From: a virus
Reading direction: 5' to 3' (one strand)
Virus record (IMG/VR): IMGVR_UViG_3300034140_000002
Span: 15,558 to 79,557 of that record
Length of the DNA stretch: 64,000 bases
The translations under genes and the position numbers were made by a program. Below the pieces are notes generated by a model. The model saw only the letters and a program-made list of their open reading frames with translations, was not told the DNA's origin and ran no database searches. Every line of letters starts with the position of its first letter. Positions within the stretch are counted from its first letter, which is position 1. Positions 63,995-64,000 of this stretch are shown here, in pieces.

Positions 63995-64000
63995 GCTCTT

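Overview
64 kb of a tailed dsDNA phage genome, most likely a large siphovirus: long tape measure protein, lambda-type tail tube and tail chaperone frameshift, and no sheath gene. Layout: (1) 1-20.7 kb, + strand, DNA replication and nucleotide metabolism (family A DNA polymerase, SSB-like protein, 5'-3' exonuclease, HNH nucleases, class Ia RNR, two HD hydrolases, MazG-like protein, phosphoesterases, one isolated tRNA); (2) 20.7-53.8 kb, - strand, late region: tRNA cluster with structured spacers, terminase, portal, protease, capsid, a 6.7 kb block of apparent virion enzymes/fibres, tail, lysis; (3) 54-59.2 kb, + strand, auxiliary genes (PhoH, ClpP-like, macrodomain, SLOG); (4) a small serine recombinase and a ~1 kb non-coding zone with four perfect DnaA boxes; (5) 61-64 kb, - strand, small early-type genes behind strong sigma70 promoters. 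The most unusual items are the modular enzyme/appendage block between head and tail genes, the candidate structured ncRNAs in the tRNA locus, the DnaA-box array next to a resolvase, and three Rmf-like paralogues. All calls are from motif reading by eye; no searches or folding programs were run.
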